Origin: an uncultured Chloroflexia bacterium
GTDB lineage: Bacteria > Chloroflexota > Limnocylindria > Limnocylindrales > CSP1-4
DNA: 64,000 bases
Assembly: GCA_963720755.1 (NCBI GenBank)
Contig: CAVRGP010000006.1
Location: forward strand, 96,001 to 160,000
Direction of reading: 5' to 3'
Position numbers and translations under genes: made by a program. Below the pieces are notes generated by a model. The model searched no databases, was not told the origin of the DNA, and saw nothing but the letters and a program-made list of their open reading frames with translations. Position 1 is the first letter of the stretch; each line of letters starts with the position of its first letter. Shown here one piece after another: positions 57,967 to 64,000 of the stretch.

Positions 57967-58216
57967 GTGGCCGCGTGCCGAGTTTCGGGGGCACGACGCG
58001 GGCTCGGTCGTGGCCGCGTGCCGAGTTTCGGGGGCGCGACGCGGGCCCGATCGTGGCCGCGTGCCGAGTTTCGGGGGCGCGACGCGGGCCCGGTCGTGGC
58101 CGCGTGCCGAGTTTCGGGGGCGCGACGCGGGCTCGGTCGTGGCCGCGTGCTGAGTTTCGGGGGCACGACGCGGGCTCGGTCGTGGCCGCGTGCCGAGTTT
58201 CGGGGGCACGACGCGG
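57967..58216. repeat. 43-bp tandem repeat, about 5.8 copies, each forming a hairpin
   Basis: Unit GTGGCCGCGTGCCGAGTTTCGGGGGCACGACGCGGGCTCGGTC at 57967, 58010, 58053, 58096, 58139 and 58182; 0-3 substitutions per copy. Confidence 0.95.
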
Positions 58217-58332
58217 ACGCGGCCCCGGATCCGTTGCCGCCAGCGACCGGAGCCGGGCCTGTCTGACCGGCCGAACTCGTGCCCGCCGCTATACTGGCCC
58301 GACCCGCCTATCCCCGTTCACGCTGAGGTTCG

Positions 58333-59211
58333 ATGCGCGTCCGCAAAGCTGTCTTCCCTGCCGCTGGCTGGGGAACCCGTTTCCTGCCAGCCACCAAGGC
58401 CCAGCCCAAGGAGATGCTGCCACTGGTCGACAAGCCGATCATCCAGTACGCGGTCGAGGAGGCCGTGGCGGCTGGGATCGAGCAGGTCATCATCGTCACA
58501 TCCAGCCAGAAGCGCGCGATCGAGGATCACTTCGACCTGTCGTTCGAGCTCGAGCACCTGCTCGAGGAAAAGGGCGATATCGAGATGCTCCGGCAGGTCC
58601 GGGCGATCAGCGATCTTGCCCAGGTGGCGTACGTCCGGCAGAAGGAACAGCTCGGCCTCGGACACGCGGTGCTGATGGCCAAGGACCTGATCGGCCACGA
58701 GCCATTCGCCGTCATCCTGCCCGACGACGTGGTCATCGCCGATCGGCCGTGCATCGGCCAGCTCATCCACGCCTATCAGCAGACGCATGGGTCGGTCGTG
58801 GCCGTCCTGGAAGTCCCACCGGAGGACACCAGCCGGTACGGGATCATCGCGTCGGAGCCGTCGCAGGACCCGCTCGATCACGGTCGCCTGCACCGGGTGA
58901 CCAGGATCGTCGAAAAACCGGAACCGGGAGCGGCACCATCGAACCTCGCGGTCATCGGTCGATATGTCCTGACCCCCAAGATCTTCGACAAGCTCGAACA
59001 GACCCAGGGCGGCGCCGGCGGTGAGATCCAGCTGACCGACGCGATCGCCGCGCTCATGGAGGAGCAGGAGGTCTTCGCCTACGAGTTCGAGGGCACGCGA
59101 TACGACGCAGGGACGACGATGGGTTGGCTCAAGGCGTCCGTCGAGATCGCCCTTGGCCGGCAGGACCTCGGGACGGAATTCCGGGCCTACCTCCAGGGAC
59201 TCCAACTCTGA
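58333..59211 (+). CDS. galU: UTP--glucose-1-phosphate uridylyltransferase
   Basis: '[26 protein letters not shown]', '[12 protein letters not shown]', 'VEKP', 'EIQLTDAI'. Confidence 0.95.
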   Translation: MRVRKAVFPAAGWGTRFLPATKAQPKEMLPLVDKPIIQYAVEEAVAAGIEQVIIVTSSQKRAIEDHFDLSFELEHLLEEKGDIEMLRQVRAISDLAQVAYVRQKEQLGLGHAVLMAKDLIGHEPFAVILPDDVVIADRPCIGQLIHAYQQTHGSVVAVLEVPPEDTSRYGIIASEPSQDPLDHGRLHRVTRIVEKPEPGAAPSNLAVIGRYVLTPKIFDKLEQTQGGAGGEIQLTDAIAALMEEQEVFAYEFEGTRYDAGTTMGWLKASVEIALGRQDLGTEFRAYLQGLQL

Positions 59212-59287
59212 CCGTACCGCGCGTGGGGTACGATGCGGCCCGCAGCCGGCCGCACCGAATGGCCACCATCAGCAGATAGGGGACGAC

Positions 59288-61018
<1,731 letters not shown>

Positions 61019-61042
61019 GATCGCCCGCGCGGGTCGCGCGGA

Positions 61043-61423
61043 TCAGTCGGGGCGGTCTCCGGTCGATCGGGACCGGCGGATCTCGACCGAGGCATGGTCG
61101 AGGGGTCCACCGAGTCTGACGTCCGGTTTGCGGACCCGGACGACGACGTCCGCGACCTCGAACGTCGCCAGGAGCTCGCGGCTGATCGCCTCAGCCAGGG
61201 CTTCGAGCAGGCGGAACGAGTTCGTCGTCACGACCTCCCGGACGATCTCATAGACCTTGCCGTAGTCGATCGACTGGGTCAGGTCGTCGTCGATGCCGGC
61301 CGGCCGGAGATCGAGCCACAGCTCGACGTCCACCTCGAACCGCTGCGGTGCCATCCGTTCCTCGTCGTAGTAGCCGTGGATGGCATCGAAGCGCATGTTC
61401 GAGAGGACGATCCGATCGGTCAT
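61043..61423 (-). CDS. folB: Dihydroneopterin aldolase
   Basis: 'DRI.L....F.A.HG...EE....Q.F.VD', 'DDL..SIDY', 'LLEALAE', 'VRKP'. Confidence 0.92.
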   Translation of the reverse strand: MTDRIVLSNMRFDAIHGYYDEERMAPQRFEVDVELWLDLRPAGIDDDLTQSIDYGKVYEIVREVVTTNSFRLLEALAEAISRELLATFEVADVVVRVRKPDVRLGGPLDHASVEIRRSRSTGDRPD

Positions 61424-62316
61424 CGAGGGCTGTCCGCGGCCTGAACCTCGGACCACGACCCACGGACGACCGCGTCGCTCACCCGCGCCGCGCGAACGTT
61501 GGCCTGGACGTCGTGGACCCGGATGACATCGGCCCCGGCCGCGATCCCGAGGGCCGTCGTGGCCAGCGTGGCCTCCAGGCGCTCACCGGCGGGCAGGTCG
61601 AGGATCCGTCCGAGCGTCGACTTGCGGCTCGTCCCGAGCAGGATCGGCCGTCCGAGCAGGCGCAGTGCCGACAGTTCGCGCAGGACCTCGAGGTTGTGAT
61701 CCGGGGTCTTGCCGAACCCGAACCCGGGATCGACGATCAGGTCGTCCCACCCCACCCCGAGACGGAGCGCCCGCTCGATCGCCCGCTCCAGGTCGGCGAT
61801 GACCTCGGCCAGGAAGGTCGTGTACGTCGCCTCGGCCCGATTGTGCATGATGACCAGCGGGACCCCGTGATCCGCGGCGACGCGGACGAGCGCATCGTCC
61901 GGACCGACCCCCCAGACGTCGTTGATGAGGTCGGCGCCGGCTGCCAGCGCGGCCTCCGCGACGGACGGCTTGGTCGTATCGATGCTGATCGGCGTCGCGG
62001 GCAGGGCGGCGCGGAGGGCGGCCACGATCGGGACGACCCGGGCGCGCTCATCGGCCGGGTCGACCGGGGCGTGACCCGGCCTCGTGGATTCCCCGCCCAC
62101 ATCGAGGAGGTCGGCGCCTTCGTCGACCATGCGACGGCCGATGGTCACAGCAGCGTCGGCCGGGTCGCCGGAGCCCGCGAGCAGGCCGTCGCTCGAGAAC
62201 GAGTCGGGCGTCACGTTGATGATCCCCATGACGTAGGTCCGAGCACCCCAGGCGAACACGGCAGGACCGATCCGGGTCGGCGCTGGCGTGGCGTTCGATC
62301 GGCTGGACGTGGTCAT
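61420..62316 (-). CDS. folP: Dihydropteroate synthase
   Basis: 'MGIINVTPDSFS', 'DVGGESTRPG', 'SIDT', 'DPGFGFGK', 'SRKS', 'RVHDV'. Confidence 0.95.
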   Translation of the reverse strand: MTTSSRSNATPAPTRIGPAVFAWGARTYVMGIINVTPDSFSSDGLLAGSGDPADAAVTIGRRMVDEGADLLDVGGESTRPGHAPVDPADERARVVPIVAALRAALPATPISIDTTKPSVAEAALAAGADLINDVWGVGPDDALVRVAADHGVPLVIMHNRAEATYTTFLAEVIADLERAIERALRLGVGWDDLIVDPGFGFGKTPDHNLEVLRELSALRLLGRPILLGTSRKSTLGRILDLPAGERLEATLATTALGIAAGADVIRVHDVQANVRAARVSDAVVRGSWSEVQAADSPR

Positions 62317-63662
62317 GACGCCTCGGTGGGATCCACTTCCGGGTCGCGCAGGGCCGGGTCGTCGACGAGGTAACCCCGGGTCGCCCCGACAAGATAGAGC
62401 GAACCGGCCACGACGATCGGACCGGACCGTGCGCGTGCGCGTTCGATGGCGGCGATCGGGTCGGGCTCGGACAGCACGTCGGTCAGCCCGGCCGCCCGCC
62501 ATCGACTCGCGAGCGCCTCGGCGGACATGGCTCGGGGCAGTTCGAGTCCGGTCGCGATGACCGTCGCACCGGTCATCGATGCCGACCGTGCCAGCGCGCC
62601 GATGACGCCATCGACGTCCTTGTCCGCCATCGACGCCGTCACCAGGGTGAGTGGCCCGGGAGTCAGGAACGGGCGCAGATCGTCGAGCGCGACCGCAAGC
62701 GCGGCGGCACCGGTCGGATTGTGGGCGCCGTCGAGCAGCACGTCCCGATCGTCGATGCGCACGAGTTCCAGACGACCGGGCCAGACCGCGCCCGCGTAGC
62801 CTGCCCGGCGTGCCGGATCCGGGACGGTTGCGATCCCGGCACGCTCGAGAGCATCGAGCAGCGCATCCGCGACAGCCGCGTTCACGGCCTGATGCCGTCC
62901 GCGCAGACCGACCCGAGTTCGACCGAGCCGGGGCAGATCCACCTCGATCCCGTCCCGGTCCCAGGCCAGCAACGGTGGGTCGGCGACCTCGGTGAGGGGC
63001 ACGGCCATCCTCCGCGCGCGACGCCGGATGACCGCAAGGCCGTCTCCGCGCGCGCCCGTCACGGCCAGATCCCCGCGTTCGATGATCGCCGCCTTCTCGC
63101 GGGCGATCAGCGTGATCGTGCCGCCCAGGCGATCCATGTGGTCCAGGTCCACGTTGGTCACGACCGCGATGCCGCCATCCCAGGCGTGGGTCGCATCGAG
63201 CCGGCCGCCAAGACCGACCTCCACGAGCGCGACATCGGGTCGGACCTCGGCGAACCGGGCGAACACGACGGCCGTGAGCAGTTCGAATTCGGTCGGGTCG
63301 CCGAAACGGGGGGCCACGCGGTCGGCGGCGAGCAGCACCCGTCCGACAAGCCGGGCCAGGTCGGCGGGTGCGATCGGCTGGCCATCGACCTGGATCCGCT
63401 CCCGATACGTGACCAGATGCGGCTTCGGCGTGGTCGCCACCCGGTACCCCGCGGCGAGCAGGGCCGCCGACGCGAGCGCGAGCACGCTGCCTTTGCCGTT
63501 GGTTCCGCCGATCAGCGCGCCGCGGACGGTCCGCTCCGGGTGGCCCAGCTCGCGCAACAGGGCGCGCGTGCGTCCCAGGCCGAGTCGGACCCCGAACCGA
63601 CCGCGGGCCTCCAGCGCGTGCAACGCCTGCGGGTAGGTGAGATCGGACCCCGGATCGGTCAT
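62313..63662 (-). CDS. folC: Folylpolyglutamate/dihydrofolate synthase
   Basis: 'GTNGKGS', 'PHL..Y.ERI', 'EVGLGGRLDAT', 'EKAAI', 'WPGRLE', 'LDGAHN', 'GSLYLVG'. Confidence 0.93.
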   Translation of the reverse strand: MTDPGSDLTYPQALHALEARGRFGVRLGLGRTRALLRELGHPERTVRGALIGGTNGKGSVLALASAALLAAGYRVATTPKPHLVTYRERIQVDGQPIAPADLARLVGRVLLAADRVAPRFGDPTEFELLTAVVFARFAEVRPDVALVEVGLGGRLDATHAWDGGIAVVTNVDLDHMDRLGGTITLIAREKAAIIERGDLAVTGARGDGLAVIRRRARRMAVPLTEVADPPLLAWDRDGIEVDLPRLGRTRVGLRGRHQAVNAAVADALLDALERAGIATVPDPARRAGYAGAVWPGRLELVRIDDRDVLLDGAHNPTGAAALAVALDDLRPFLTPGPLTLVTASMADKDVDGVIGALARSASMTGATVIATGLELPRAMSAEALASRWRAAGLTDVLSEPDPIAAIERARARSGPIVVAGSLYLVGATRGYLVDDPALRDPEVDPTEAS

Positions 63663-63672
63663 CGACGCACCG

Positions 63673-64000
63673 TCACTCGCGGGTCAACTCATCCTCATAG
63701 AACACGCATTGGTTGAAGCGTGGGGTCAGGCACACGTCGTTCACGTAACCCTGCTCCATGTGGACCCCGCCCCGGAGCTGGCAGCGCGACGTGTTGCTGT
63801 CCTGACGGATGAGCGCCTTGAGCAGGTGCGGGGCCTGGATCGGGATCGCCCCCCTGGACCCGGTCATGTAGAAATGAGGACAGACGTTCCGCCGAAGATT
63901 GGGCAGGCCGAACCCGGCCCGCGGGCCGGCGGGCATGACCGTCGGGTCCGTTCCCGCCTCCGCCGACCGCGACGGGTTGACGCGGGCGATCGGGCCGACG
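63673..64000 (-). CDS. Hypothetical protein, C-terminal part (5'-partial, Cys-containing)
   Basis: Frame open to the window edge; 'CPHF...C...C.....FNQC.FY'. Confidence 0.55.
   Translation of the reverse strand, partial: VGPIARVNPSRSAEAGTDPTVMPAGPRAGFGLPNLRRNVCPHFYMTGSRGAIPIQAPHLLKALIRQDSNTSRCQLRGGVHMEQGYVNDVCLTPRFNQCVFYEDELTRE

Noticed and set aside
57967-58216. CRISPR array
   Set aside because: Units are contiguous with no unique spacers, and no cas genes are present in the window

Overview
High-GC bacterial chromosomal segment, probably from Chloroflexota (Ca. Limnocylindria-like). That assignment is inferred from gene content and many leaderless starts and is not proven. About 67 CDS plus one tRNA-Glu(TTC); no rRNA, CRISPR array, integrase or transposase is recognisable. 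Housekeeping blocks: a pdxS-pdxT-led six-gene operon, a scattered leucine/methylcrotonyl-CoA catabolic set (MCC beta, enoyl-CoA hydratase, MCC alpha, HMG-CoA lyase), CCA enzyme, galE, galU, nth, tdh-kbl, a HisJ-like PHP phosphatase, PknB-PASTA and folC-folP-folB. The most unusual items are: (1) a biotin carboxylase/BCCP subunit fused to an N-terminal Xis/MerR-like DNA-binding HTH, with 9-bp direct repeats just upstream; (2) a glucosylglycerate operon with a Ggs-like transferase, a USP-USP-GpgS fusion and glycerate kinase, preceded by a DNA-ligase-fold protein that has lost its catalytic residues; (3) an Xis-like HTH regulator translationally coupled to an orphan polytopic membrane protein, with a promoter and 10-bp direct repeats; (4) two orphan Tad minor-pilin cassettes around a two-component system whose kinase has an atypical H-box; (5) a 167-nt nested-inverted-repeat element and a 43-bp hairpin tandem array. 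All functional calls come from motif recognition by eye; no database search was run.
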